A stretch of 35,965 bases of DNA, taken from positions 1 through 35,965 of the forward strand of contig JAFGKV010000297.1 in assembly GCA_016928395.1 (NCBI GenBank), read 5' to 3'. The position numbers and the translations under genes were made by a program. The number at the start of each line of letters is the position of its first letter. Positions within the stretch are counted from its first letter, which is position 1. Below, in pieces: positions 25,975-35,361 of this stretch. A model generated the notes under the pieces. The model was not told the DNA's origin, searched no databases, and saw nothing but the letters and a program-made list of their open reading frames with translations. Source of the DNA: Candidatus Fermentibacterota bacterium. GTDB lineage: Bacteria > JAFGKV01.

Positions 25975-26985
25975 ATGAACACCGATAATGTATGGGTATT
26001 CGCCGAACATGACGGCGACCGCATCGAGGAGTGCAGCCTGGAGCTCTTGGGCAGAGGCCGGGTACTGGCGGACAGGCTCGGAGTCGGGCTTGAGGCCCTC
26101 TTGCTGGGCCATGAGGCACGTCAGTCGGCCCAGACCTTGATCGAGTTTGGTGCCGACACTGTGTTGTGGGCGGATCACGAGTCCCTCGCCGACTACAGAA
26201 CCCTGCCCTATGCCAGGATACTCATTGACCTGGTACGAGAGCGCCGGCCACAGATCCTGCTCTTCGGTGCCACACCCACGGGCCGCGACCTGGCGCCCCG
26301 GATCGCCTCGGCCTTGTGCGTGGGCCTGACCGCCGACTGCACTGATCTGATCATCGGCTCCCATGAGGAAAAGGGAACGCGGTACGACAATCTCCTTCTC
26401 CAGATTCGCCCCGCCTTCGGAGGGAATATTATCGCCACCATCGTAAACCCTGAGACCAGACCGCAGATGGCCACGGTCCGCGAGGGAGTGATGCCCTTGG
26501 GAACGCCTGATCCGCGGCGTGTCGGCACGGTGGAGGCCGTCGCGGTGAGCATTCCCCCTGAGGATCTGGTGGTCGAGATGCTGCGCAAGGAGACCAAGCC
26601 GCGGACAGTCAACCTCAAGGGGGCGCCGGTCATCGTGGCCGGAGGGATGGGTGTCGGCTCCCGGGAAGGATTTGCGGCGCTGTTCGAACTGGCGCACCTC
26701 CTGGGCGGCGAAGTCGGAGCATCCCGGGCAGCGGTGGATGCCGGTTTCGTTGACCGACCACACCAGGTGGGTCAGACGGGAACCACCGTGCGCCCCAAGC
26801 TGTATGTAGCCTGCGGCATTTCGGGCAGCATCCAACACCGTGCAGGGATGGACGCCTCTGGGCGAATCGTCGCCATCAATACCGACCCTGGGGCACCCAT
26901 ATTCGACATTGCCCACTATGCCATCGTCGGCGATGTTCGGGATGTGCTTACCAAGATCACGAAGGCACTCAGGAGCAGGATGTAG
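25975..26985 (+). CDS. etfA: Electron transfer flavoprotein alpha subunit
   Basis: GRDLAPRIA, GLTADCT, RPAFGGN, RPQMATVR, VGASRAAVD, QVGQTGTTVRP, GISGSIQH. Confidence 0.96.
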   Translation: MNTDNVWVFAEHDGDRIEECSLELLGRGRVLADRLGVGLEALLLGHEARQSAQTLIEFGADTVLWADHESLADYRTLPYARILIDLVRERRPQILLFGATPTGRDLAPRIASALCVGLTADCTDLIIGSHEEKGTRYDNLLLQIRPAFGGNIIATIVNPETRPQMATVREGVMPLGTPDPRRVGTVEAVAVSIPPEDLVVEMLRKETKPRTVNLKGAPVIVAGGMGVGSREGFAALFELAHLLGGEVGASRAAVDAGFVDRPHQVGQTGTTVRPKLYVACGISGSIQHRAGMDASGRIVAINTDPGAPIFDIAHYAIVGDVRDVLTKITKALRSRM

Positions 26986-26987
26986 CC

Positions 26988-28730
26988 ATGGGCAACTTCT
27001 TTCACGACAATCCGGATATCCAGTTCCAGCTTCGGCGGCCGGAGTTGGACGAGGTGATCCTCCTCACCGAGAGCAATTTCCGCGATGCTGAGCAGTTCTC
27101 CCACGCACCGTCCAGCGTGGAGGATGCCCGGGATAGCTACGGCCGTGTGCTGGAGATCGTCGGCGCCATCGCCGCGGATGACATCGCACCCTATGCCGCC
27201 GAAGTGGATGAGGCAGGTTGTGTCCTGGACCGCGGGGCCAACAGAGTTCACTATGCCCAGCCGACGTCCCACGCCCTTCGCCGCCTTTCCCAGGCGGATC
27301 TTATGGGATTCACCATGCCCCGCCGGTACGGAGGGCTGAACCTCCCCTGCACCGTGTATTCCATGGCCATCGAGATAGTCTCCCGAGCTGACGCGGCTTT
27401 GATGAACCTGTTCGGCCTTCAGGAAATCTCCAGTACTATCAATGACTTCGCCGATGAAGAGATCAAGGCCTCGTACCTTCCAAGACTCTGCAGCGGCGAA
27501 CTCACCGCCGCTATGGTGTTGACCGAACCGGACGCCGGCTCGGATCTCCAGGCCATACGTCTGGCCGCCTCCCAGGATCCCTCCACGGGAGGATGGTATC
27601 TGGACGGAGTCAAGCGGTTCATCACCAACGGTTGCGGCGAAGTGCTGCTGGTGTTGGCTCGATCGGAACCCGGCACCAGCGACGGGCGTGGCCTGTCTCT
27701 GTTTCTCTGCGACGGCGGCGACAAGGTTCGCGTCCGCAGGATCGAGGAGAAACTGGGAATCCACGGCTCCCCCACGTGTGAACTGGAGTTCCACCATGTT
27801 CCCGCGGTGCTCATCGGCAAGCGGAGACTGGGGCTGATCAGATACGTCATGGCCCTTATGAACGGGGCCCGCCTGGGAGTGGCGTGCCAGGCGCTGGGTA
27901 TTGCAGAGGCCGCGTACCGGGTGGCTCGCCGCTACGCCGAGGAACGCGTTCAGTTTAAACGGCCGGTCATTCGCTTCCCCGCCGTGGCCGAGATGCTGGC
28001 CACCATGCGCCTCGGCCTCATGGTGTCGCGGGCACTCATCACCGAGACTAGCATCACCGTCGATCTTGACCGCCAAATCAGAGCCCGCGTCGAGGCGGGT
28101 GACATGACGCTTCGGCCGCGATCCAAGAAGCTGGCACGGCAGTCCGATTTCTTTACACCCTTGGCAAAACTGGTGGCCACCGAGACTGCCAACAAGGTCG
28201 CCTATGATGCCATGCAAGTGCTGGGCGGCGCAGGGTATATGCGGGATTTCGCAGTGGAACGGCACTACCGGGATGCGCGGATCACGAACATCTACGAGGG
28301 CACCTCGCAACTGCAGGTAGTCGCGGCGGTGGGAGGGATTACCTCAGGAGTGCTGAGCGATTGGGCGGCTGATTTCCGGGCAAAGCACGACTTGGACGAT
28401 TCGGCAGCGGGCCAATCTCTTCGAGAGGCAGGCGATCTTCTCAACCGGGCCATAGCCTCGGTGCGCGACCACACCGACCCTCGCTTCGCCGACCTTCACG
28501 CGGGGAGGCTGGTGACGATGGCCGCCGATCTGGTGGGCATGTATCTGTTGGCCCGTGACGCGCACCGCGACCCAGGGCGTAGCAGGCTGGCCGAACTCCA
28601 CACCCAGCTCGCATTGCCCCGCATGGAACAATGCCTGCGAATCGTGTGCGACGGCTTGCCCGGGCTTTTGGGGTATCCGGAAGAGATGGTCGGACCGTTA
28701 CCTCGGGAGAATGGGCCCAAGGGTGCTTGA
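26988..28730 (+). CDS. Acyl-CoA dehydrogenase family protein (long, 580 aa)
   Basis: MVLTEPDAGSDL, GVKRFITNG, KLGIHGSPTC, QVLGGAGY, RDARITNIYEGT (catalytic Glu). Confidence 0.95.
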   Translation: MGNFFHDNPDIQFQLRRPELDEVILLTESNFRDAEQFSHAPSSVEDARDSYGRVLEIVGAIAADDIAPYAAEVDEAGCVLDRGANRVHYAQPTSHALRRLSQADLMGFTMPRRYGGLNLPCTVYSMAIEIVSRADAALMNLFGLQEISSTINDFADEEIKASYLPRLCSGELTAAMVLTEPDAGSDLQAIRLAASQDPSTGGWYLDGVKRFITNGCGEVLLVLARSEPGTSDGRGLSLFLCDGGDKVRVRRIEEKLGIHGSPTCELEFHHVPAVLIGKRRLGLIRYVMALMNGARLGVACQALGIAEAAYRVARRYAEERVQFKRPVIRFPAVAEMLATMRLGLMVSRALITETSITVDLDRQIRARVEAGDMTLRPRSKKLARQSDFFTPLAKLVATETANKVAYDAMQVLGGAGYMRDFAVERHYRDARITNIYEGTSQLQVVAAVGGITSGVLSDWAADFRAKHDLDDSAAGQSLREAGDLLNRAIASVRDHTDPRFADLHAGRLVTMAADLVGMYLLARDAHRDPGRSRLAELHTQLALPRMEQCLRIVCDGLPGLLGYPEEMVGPLPRENGPKGA

Positions 28731-28780
28731 CAGCCGTGGCGCAGGCGGCTTGCTTGCATCCTGCACATGCGTGCTCTCAT

Positions 28781-28856
28781 GCGGGAGTAACTCAGTTGGT
28801 AGAGTGACAGCTTCCCAAGCTGTAAGTCGCGGGTTCGAATCCCGTCTCCCGCTCCA
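28781..28856 (+). tRNA. tRNA-Gly (anticodon CCC)
   Basis: 76-nt cloverleaf: acceptor GCGGGAG/CTCCCGC, D-arm CTCAGTTGGTAGAG, anticodon loop TTCCCAA (CCC at 28814-28816), T-loop GGTTCGAATCC, encoded CCA. Confidence 0.98.
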
Positions 28857-28922
28857 ATGGCGGGGCGCGCCGTGGCCTCCATTCCTCGCCCCCGCCCATG
28901 CGCGGAGCGTCTTGTGAAATCG

Positions 28923-30251
28923 ATGGGAAGCCGCATCATCGCAATCATCGGCCGGCCCAATGTCGGCAAATCAACCCTGTTCAATGCCCTCGTCGGGCGA
29001 AGGGTAGCCATTGTCGACGACCAGCCGGGCGTGACCAGAGATCGGGTCTATCATCACCTCCACATTGCCGGAGGCCCGGCGCTCCTGGTCGACACCGGCG
29101 GCCTGCTCATGGATCCCCGGGACCGCATCGAGCTGGGCGTGAGGGATCAGGCGTTGCTGGCATGCGAGGAAGCCGATGTCGTGCTGTTCGTGGTGGACGG
29201 TCGCGTTCCGCCCACCAGCGATGACGATGCCATCGCCAAACTGCTGCGAGAGAGATCCGCTCCGGCCATTCTTGTCGCCAACAAGATCGACAGTGAAGAC
29301 GCGGAAACTGAAGGCCTGGCATACGCCTCCATGGGCTTGGGCGACGTAGTCTTGGTTTCCGCCCTCGGGCGGAGGGGGCTGGGCACACTGAGGGAGAAGA
29401 TTGACCAAAGTCTCCCCGCGCCACAACCGTCGGGCGACACGGCAGGCGTGATCGCCGTGGCCATCATCGGGAAGCCCAATGTGGGCAAGTCTTCCCTCCT
29501 CAACAAGCTAGTTCAGGCACCTCGGGCGGTGGTGGATGACCGCCCTGGCACGACGAGGGACGCCACGGACACCGTGATCACGCTGGGTGGGCACGGGCTG
29601 CGGATTATCGACACGGCAGGCATCCGGCGACGCAGCCGTCACGACGACGGAATCGGATACTACGCGTACTTGCGCGCCTTGGGCGCCCTCGATCGATGCG
29701 ACGTCGCGCTGCTGCTGCTGGATGCCACGGTACAGGATCTGGAGATCGTTGAAGTCAAGCTGGCCCAACAGGTCCTCTTGGCTGGCAAGGCGATAGCGGT
29801 GGTGGTGAACAAGTGGGACCTCATCCACCACGGCACCTCAGAGAGTGCCCGGTGGCGTCAATTGGTTGCCCATCGCCTCGGCTTCGCGCAACGCGCCCCG
29901 GTGCGGTATGTCTCGGCCCACACGGGACGGGGCGTCAGGGCTCTTCCCACGACCATCGCGGATCTGGCGGCGCGACGCTCGCAACGGGTGTCGCCGGAAC
30001 GACTTGCCTCGTTCGTCCGTCATGTGCGGGCAAGCAACCCGCCTCCATCCAACCGGGGTCGCCTCAACCGGCTCCATCGAATCATGCAGGACGGCGGCGC
30101 CTTTCCGCGGTTCACGATTACTTTCGACGACCCGGATGCGCTTCCCGACTCCTATGTCCGCTACCTTCGAAACACCCTTGGGCAGCAGTTGAGCTTGGAC
30201 GGCATCGGGTGCGACATCACCCTCAAGGCGGAGCGCCGGCGTGCCCGATAG
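28923..30251 (+). CDS. der: Ribosome biogenesis GTPase Der (EngA)
   Basis: Two G domains: GRPNVGKS/DTGG/NKID and GKPNVGKS/DTAG/NKWD, plus a KH-like C-terminus (YVRYL). Confidence 0.97.
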   Translation: MGSRIIAIIGRPNVGKSTLFNALVGRRVAIVDDQPGVTRDRVYHHLHIAGGPALLVDTGGLLMDPRDRIELGVRDQALLACEEADVVLFVVDGRVPPTSDDDAIAKLLRERSAPAILVANKIDSEDAETEGLAYASMGLGDVVLVSALGRRGLGTLREKIDQSLPAPQPSGDTAGVIAVAIIGKPNVGKSSLLNKLVQAPRAVVDDRPGTTRDATDTVITLGGHGLRIIDTAGIRRRSRHDDGIGYYAYLRALGALDRCDVALLLLDATVQDLEIVEVKLAQQVLLAGKAIAVVVNKWDLIHHGTSESARWRQLVAHRLGFAQRAPVRYVSAHTGRGVRALPTTIADLAARRSQRVSPERLASFVRHVRASNPPPSNRGRLNRLHRIMQDGGAFPRFTITFDDPDALPDSYVRYLRNTLGQQLSLDGIGCDITLKAERRRAR

Positions 30252-31335
30252 AGTCACCGTAATCGGTTCGGGCAGTTGGGGCATGGCCTTGGCGAATCTT
30301 CTGGTCCAAGGGCCGTGCGAGGTCGCGGTATGGCCTCCGCGACCAGAGGAATACGAGTTGCTGTCGCGGACTCGATCCAATCCTGCCCTGCTGCCCGGAA
30401 TCACCCTCGATCCTCGCATATCCCTCATTCCCAAGCCGGCACTTGCGCGGGAGGATCACGTGCTGGTAGTGGTCCCGTCCCATGCTGTCAGGACGGTGAT
30501 GACCCAGGTGCGTGTGCCTGCCGAACCCGGCCCAAACTCCACGGTGATCTGCGCCACCAAGGGGCTGGAAGAGGGCAGTCTGCTTCGGATGAGCGAGGTG
30601 CTGGGCGAGGTGCTCCCCGGCCCTTGGCGGGGCCGAATCGTGACCCTTTCCGGGCCCAGCCATGCGGAAGAGGTCGCCCGAGGCATACCCACCGCCGTGG
30701 TGGCCGCCAGTCCCGATGAGGCAGCCGCAGCCCATGCCCAGTCTATTTTGGCCCGGGAGAGATTCCGGGTCTACGTATCCAATGATCGTGTGGGCGTGGA
30801 GCTGGGCGGGGCCCTGAAGAACATCATCGCCCTGGCGGCAGGCATCTCCGACGGTCTGGGCTACGGTGACAACAGCAAGGGAGCACTCTTGACCCGAGGC
30901 ATGGTCGAAATCGCCCGATTAGGAGTGATCATGGGGGCCCGGGAGAAGACCTTTGCCGGCCTCACCGGCATGGGTGATCTCATTACTACATGCATAAGCA
31001 GGCACAGCAGGAACCGCTATGTGGGTGAACAGATAGGCCGGGGCAGAAGCCTGGCGGAGATTCTGGCCGGCATGAACATGGTGGCCGAGGGAGTTCGCAC
31101 CACTCGGGCAGCGTACGAACTGGCCCACCGCCATGGCGTGGTCATGCCCATCACCGCCCAAGTGTTCAGGATTCTCTTCGAAGGTCTCGCTCCAGAGCGT
31201 GCAATGATTGAACTGATGCTCCGGGATCCGAAGACTGAAGACGGCCGTTCCCTCGCCGAAATCAGACACCGTGGCGACCAGCAGCAGAACGGCTTGGGTG
31301 GGGGCGGGGTTGGAGCGTGTGATGGCAACCCGTGA
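30241..31335 (+). CDS. gpsA: NAD(P)H-dependent glycerol-3-phosphate dehydrogenase
   Basis: GSGSWG, ATKGLE, SGPSHAEEV, GGALKN, GDNSKG, GMGDLITTC, SRNR, AEGV; conserved der-gpsA order. Confidence 0.96.
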   Translation: MPDRVTVIGSGSWGMALANLLVQGPCEVAVWPPRPEEYELLSRTRSNPALLPGITLDPRISLIPKPALAREDHVLVVVPSHAVRTVMTQVRVPAEPGPNSTVICATKGLEEGSLLRMSEVLGEVLPGPWRGRIVTLSGPSHAEEVARGIPTAVVAASPDEAAAAHAQSILARERFRVYVSNDRVGVELGGALKNIIALAAGISDGLGYGDNSKGALLTRGMVEIARLGVIMGAREKTFAGLTGMGDLITTCISRHSRNRYVGEQIGRGRSLAEILAGMNMVAEGVRTTRAAYELAHRHGVVMPITAQVFRILFEGLAPERAMIELMLRDPKTEDGRSLAEIRHRGDQQQNGLGGGGVGACDGNP

Positions 31336-31735
31336 ACGCCCTTCCCGGAAGCTGTACTACTCCATCGGCGAAGTATGCGAGATGCTCGATCTGGAGCCGC
31401 ATGTCCTCCGCTACTGGGAGAGCGTCTTCCGGAATCTCCACCCGTCCAAGAACCGTTCTGGCAATCGAGCCTATCGAGAGAAGGACCTTCGCATCATCCG
31501 GCTCATCAAGTACCTCCTCCACGAGGAAGGGTATACAATTGAGGGGGCGGACAGGAAGCTCCAGCGGCTCCTGCGAGTCGGTCACACGAACAATCAGACG
31601 GAGCTCTTTGATCCGCCCGCGGTTGATTCCGTACTCCACGAGGTACGAGCCGGCCTCCTGGAAATCAGGAGCCTTCTGGGCGCCGCGCCGGAATCGGTAG
31701 AGCCTCAATCCTCACGGGATACTTCAGGCAGTTGA
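31322..31735 (+). CDS. MerR-family HTH transcriptional regulator
   Basis: KLYYSIGEV...HVLRYWE...GNRAY...LLHEEGYTIEGA. ATG 31322 follows GGAG. Confidence 0.9.
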   Translation: MATRERPSRKLYYSIGEVCEMLDLEPHVLRYWESVFRNLHPSKNRSGNRAYREKDLRIIRLIKYLLHEEGYTIEGADRKLQRLLRVGHTNNQTELFDPPAVDSVLHEVRAGLLEIRSLLGAAPESVEPQSSRDTSGS

Positions 31736-31760
31736 CCACACCTGCTCCAGGTGCACGAGC

Positions 31761-31788
31761 TTGACACTATTGCGCCCCGCGGGATATT
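31761..31788 (+). promoter_or_regulatory. Possible sigma70 promoter for nupC
   Basis: TTGACA-N16-GATATT in the intergenic region. Confidence 0.3.
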
Positions 31789-31864
31789 CCACCGGCATCA
31801 TCGATCCCCTCCCCCGCGGGGGTATCAGACCCCTGAGGCCCAGCCCGATACTCCGGAGGAACCT

Positions 31865-33394
31865 ATGCCTCGAGTGAATGTGGTGCGCGCGCTCATTGTC
31901 CTCGGCGCGGCATGTCTCTGCCCCCTCATCGCCCAGGCTCAGCCAGACACCGATGAAGTCCAAATGCGGGAGTTCGCGACGCCGGCGGTCGAACCAGCCG
32001 ACCCCACGGCAACGCCGTCACGAGCCGACGCCATTCGCGATCACATGGACATACTCCGTGCCGAGAGCCCCCAACGGCTGTGGTTCGAGCGACTCATCAG
32101 CCTTCTGGGCACCGCAGGCATGATTGGCATAGGCTGGCTCTTCTCGCAACACAAGAGGCATGTGTATTGGCGCACGATCATCTGGGGCGCCGCCCTGCAG
32201 ATCATCTTCGCGGTCATCGTGCTCAAGACCGGGCCGGGCCGGGCATTCTTCGCCGCCATGAATGGCGCGGTGGTGACGTTCCTGGGGTTCACTGAGGAGG
32301 GCGCGCGATTCGTGTTCGGGAACCTGGTGCGCAACAATGTTCCCGTGGGCGTTCCGCTGGGGGGAGGAATCGACAGCGTGATACTCCCCGAATCGCAGAC
32401 CGCATGGGCCAATACGGGCGCCTACTTCGCGTTCAATGTGCTGCCCACCATCATCTTCTTCTCCTCCTTTATGACGATTCTCTACCATATCGGAGTCATG
32501 CAATGGCTGGTCAAGCTGATGGCCACCGTCATGCAGAAATCCATGAAGACCTCCGGCGCCGAGTCGCTGGCGGCTGCCGCCAACATCTTCGTGGGGCAGA
32601 CTGAAGCGCCTCTCGTGGTCCGTCCCTATGTGCCGACCATGACGGAGAGCGAGCTCATGGCCATCATGACCGGCGGGTTTGCCACGGTGGCCGGTGGCGT
32701 CATGGCAGCATATGTGGGAATGCTCTCCAGCAGCTTTCCCGACATCGCCGGCCACCTTATCGCCGCCAGCGTCATGAGCGCACCGGCATCCTTGCTCATT
32801 GCCAAGGTGATGCTGCCGGAGCGGGGCACTCCGGAGACCGCGGGCAAGGTTCGTATGACCATAGAGAGACCGGACATAAATGTGATTGATGCGGCCGCCC
32901 GCGGCGCCGGTGACGGCCTCAAACTGGCCCTCAATGTCGCAGCTATGCTCCTGGCCTTCGTGGCGCTGCTGGCGGCACTGAACTACGCCTTGGGCGGTGT
33001 GGGCCGGGTGGTCGGGATCGACGGTCTCTCGCTGCAGCAGATTCTTGCAGTGATCTTTTGGCCTGTCGCATGGATGATGGGGACTCCGGTATCCGACTGC
33101 AGTACGGTGGCCATGTTGATGGGCGAGAAGATAGTGCTCACTGAATTCGTCGCCTATCTCCACCTGGCTGACCTTCTGGCTTCGGGCACTCAGATGTCGT
33201 ACAGAGGCGTGGTCATCGCCACCTACGCGCTGTGCGGATTCGCTAACTTCGGCTCCATCGCCATACAGATCGGCGGCATAAGCGGCATGGCGCCCAACCG
33301 CAGGCATGACCTTGCCAGGCTTGGGCTGCGGGCCATGATTGCCGGTACGCTGGCCGCCAATATGACCGCCACGGTTGCCGGCATGCTGGTCTGA
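31865..33394 (+). CDS. nupC: Concentrative nucleoside transporter (NupC/CNT family)
   Basis: FVFG, LPTIIFFSS, SGAESL, NIFVGQTEAP, GFATVAGGV, ASVMSAPA, EFVAY, ALCGFANFGSIAIQIG. ATG 31865 follows GGAGGA. Confidence 0.95.
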   Translation: MPRVNVVRALIVLGAACLCPLIAQAQPDTDEVQMREFATPAVEPADPTATPSRADAIRDHMDILRAESPQRLWFERLISLLGTAGMIGIGWLFSQHKRHVYWRTIIWGAALQIIFAVIVLKTGPGRAFFAAMNGAVVTFLGFTEEGARFVFGNLVRNNVPVGVPLGGGIDSVILPESQTAWANTGAYFAFNVLPTIIFFSSFMTILYHIGVMQWLVKLMATVMQKSMKTSGAESLAAAANIFVGQTEAPLVVRPYVPTMTESELMAIMTGGFATVAGGVMAAYVGMLSSSFPDIAGHLIAASVMSAPASLLIAKVMLPERGTPETAGKVRMTIERPDINVIDAAARGAGDGLKLALNVAAMLLAFVALLAALNYALGGVGRVVGIDGLSLQQILAVIFWPVAWMMGTPVSDCSTVAMLMGEKIVLTEFVAYLHLADLLASGTQMSYRGVVIATYALCGFANFGSIAIQIGGISGMAPNRRHDLARLGLRAMIAGTLAANMTATVAGMLV

Positions 33395-33406
33395 GTTCTC
33401 GTTTTC

Positions 33407-34081
33407 ATGAAGCCACCGGCCGTGCGGCTGGATCGCGTGAATGTCGCAGTCAGTCCGACGGATCACCAAATTCTCTCTGATGTCTCGCTGGAGATCATGC
33501 CTGGTGAAGTCGTGGCGCTGGTTGGGCCGTCCGGGAGCGGCAAGACGACGATCCTCAACGTGATCGCCGGTCTTCTCCCGCCGAGATCGGGATCGGTCTC
33601 GGTACTAGGTGTGGACATGGTCCGCGCCGGCGACAGCGAGAGAGCAAGGCTTCGAGCCGGAGAAATCGGCATCGTATTCCAGGGCTTTCACCTCGTTCCC
33701 GATGCGTCGGCCTTGGAGAACGTGGTGCTGCCTGCATACTTCGGCGCCACGCTGGCGACGGAGTCCAGGCAGCGTGCTCGGGATCTTCTCCAGCGGGTCG
33801 GTCTTGCCGAATGGGCGGATTCGGCCGCGGTGGATCTCTCCGAGGGGCAGCGTCAGCGTGTTGCCATCGCCCGGGCCCTGCTGGCGCATCCCTCCCTGGT
33901 GTTGGCCGACGAACCGACCGGGAACCTCGATGATCGTTCCGCCGAGACCATTCTATCGCTTCTGGTGGAAATCGTCCGCGATGGAGATGCCACCCTCATT
34001 CTGGCGACTCACGACAGCCGATGCCTGGGGAGAGTCCAGCGGACGATTCGCATCGACCAGGGAAGGATTGCGGCCCTGTGA
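33407..34081 (+). CDS. ABC transporter ATP-binding protein (LolD/MacB family)
   Basis: GPSGSGKTT, GIVFQ, LSEGQRQR, LADEPTGNLD, ATHD. Confidence 0.93.
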   Translation: MKPPAVRLDRVNVAVSPTDHQILSDVSLEIMPGEVVALVGPSGSGKTTILNVIAGLLPPRSGSVSVLGVDMVRAGDSERARLRAGEIGIVFQGFHLVPDASALENVVLPAYFGATLATESRQRARDLLQRVGLAEWADSAAVDLSEGQRQRVAIARALLAHPSLVLADEPTGNLDDRSAETILSLLVEIVRDGDATLILATHDSRCLGRVQRTIRIDQGRIAAL

Positions 34082-35361
34082 TCACCCGCAACACACTCTC
34101 TCTGGCGATCCGCTCCTTCACCCGGCGGAAGGCAAGCAGCGTGGCGCCACTACTGTCGGTGGCGATGGCCACCGGCACAACGTTCATCGTGTTGTCCGTC
34201 GCAACCGGTGTGCACAAAGCGGGCGTCAGCGGCATGCTCTCCACACTGCCCATCACGCGTCTCGTGGCGACAGCGCGACAGGTTGATATCTTGTTCCTCC
34301 GTCTGGGCACTTCCTCGTCGCTGAGTGAAGAAACGGTGCGTTCGATCAGCCGGCTTAAGGGTGTCGTCTCGGTGTGGCCTGAACAGGTGCTGACAATGCC
34401 CGCCAGCCTCATCGGTGATCTTCTCGGCACGACTTTCTCCACCGACTGTGCAGTCTACGGGGTATCGCATGAGTTTTTCCCTCTGCGGGAAAGGCCTTCG
34501 GAGTTCGTCCCACGCCCTGCGGGGGAGCCCGTGCCGGCGGTGCTCAGCTCTCAACTGATAGACCTCTACAATAGCGGCTTCGCGGGCTCTCAGCACCTCC
34601 CCGGCCTCTCACCCAAGGCCCTCATCGGCCGGCATTTCACCCTCCTCTTGGGAACATCGAGTTTCCTTCCCGCCGAACGGTACGATCGCACCACCAGCGT
34701 ACGTTGTGAGATCGTGGGTCTGTCGGATGTGGTCTCACTCACCGGCGTCACGGTTCCCGACAGCTACGCTCTGGACTGGCATCGTCTGTATCACGGGCCA
34801 TCCTCGCCGCCGGCGTTTGCCAGTGTTCACCTCGAGGTCGCATCCAGCGATATTGTGGCCCAGGTCCGACGCGACATCGAAAGCCTCGGGCTCCACGTAC
34901 AGAGCCCCCGGGAGCTGGCGGAGAAGATCGCATTAGTCTCGCGGTACATCAGCGTGGCCGCAGGCGCCATTATTGCGCTCTTCCTCGCGCTGGCAGGCAT
35001 TGGTACGGCAACCACGCTGGGGCTTGAGGTCGCCCTTCAGGCCGAGCGCATCGGGGTGTACCGATCGCTGGGCGCATCCCGGCACGATATCCTGCGCCTC
35101 TACGTGCTACGGGCTTTCCTGCTGGGTCTGGCCGGCGCATCGGCAGGGCTTGCCGCAGGGTTGTTCTTGGTAGCAGCGGCGAGGCAGGCGCTGTCGACGC
35201 TGCAGCTTGGCCTTCCGGCGTCGTGGCTGACGCTTAACCCTTGGCATGCGCTGCTGGCCCTTGTGTTGGGAGTCATCGCCAGCGTAGGCGCAGGGCTGGT
35301 GCCGGCGCTGCGGGCATCGCGGCTCGATCCCGCGGACGCCTTGCGAAGCACCTCCGCATAG
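34078..35361 (+). CDS. ABC transporter permease (FtsX/MacB/LolE-like, type VII)
   Basis: GTG start overlapping the ATPase stop (GTGA); one TM helix, a large periplasmic domain, then three TM helices; IGVYRSLGAS and PALRASRLDPADALR. Confidence 0.9.
   Translation: MITRNTLSLAIRSFTRRKASSVAPLLSVAMATGTTFIVLSVATGVHKAGVSGMLSTLPITRLVATARQVDILFLRLGTSSSLSEETVRSISRLKGVVSVWPEQVLTMPASLIGDLLGTTFSTDCAVYGVSHEFFPLRERPSEFVPRPAGEPVPAVLSSQLIDLYNSGFAGSQHLPGLSPKALIGRHFTLLLGTSSFLPAERYDRTTSVRCEIVGLSDVVSLTGVTVPDSYALDWHRLYHGPSSPPAFASVHLEVASSDIVAQVRRDIESLGLHVQSPRELAEKIALVSRYISVAAGAIIALFLALAGIGTATTLGLEVALQAERIGVYRSLGASRHDILRLYVLRAFLLGLAGASAGLAAGLFLVAAARQALSTLQLGLPASWLTLNPWHALLALVLGVIASVGAGLVPALRASRLDPADALRSTSA

Noticed and set aside
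25501..28310. Long minus-strand ORFs (471 and 464 aa) antisense to etfB/etfA/ACAD
   Set aside because: Shadow ORFs expected opposite GC-rich, codon-biased genes; no recognisable motifs, and the sense genes are unambiguous.
28781..28922. tRNA-Gly as an integration site for a genomic island
   Set aside because: It is directly followed by core genes der-gpsA; there is no integrase or downstream duplicate of the tRNA 3' end in the window.
31790..31864. Searched for a purine or 2'-dG riboswitch ahead of nupC
   Set aside because: No purine-aptamer consensus (TATAAT...GATATGG...GTTTCTACC) is present; only a short GC hairpin.
32018..33469. 483-aa ORF antisense to nupC
   Set aside because: His/Gly/Asp-rich composition typical of the antisense frame of a hydrophobic membrane-protein gene; no domain signal.
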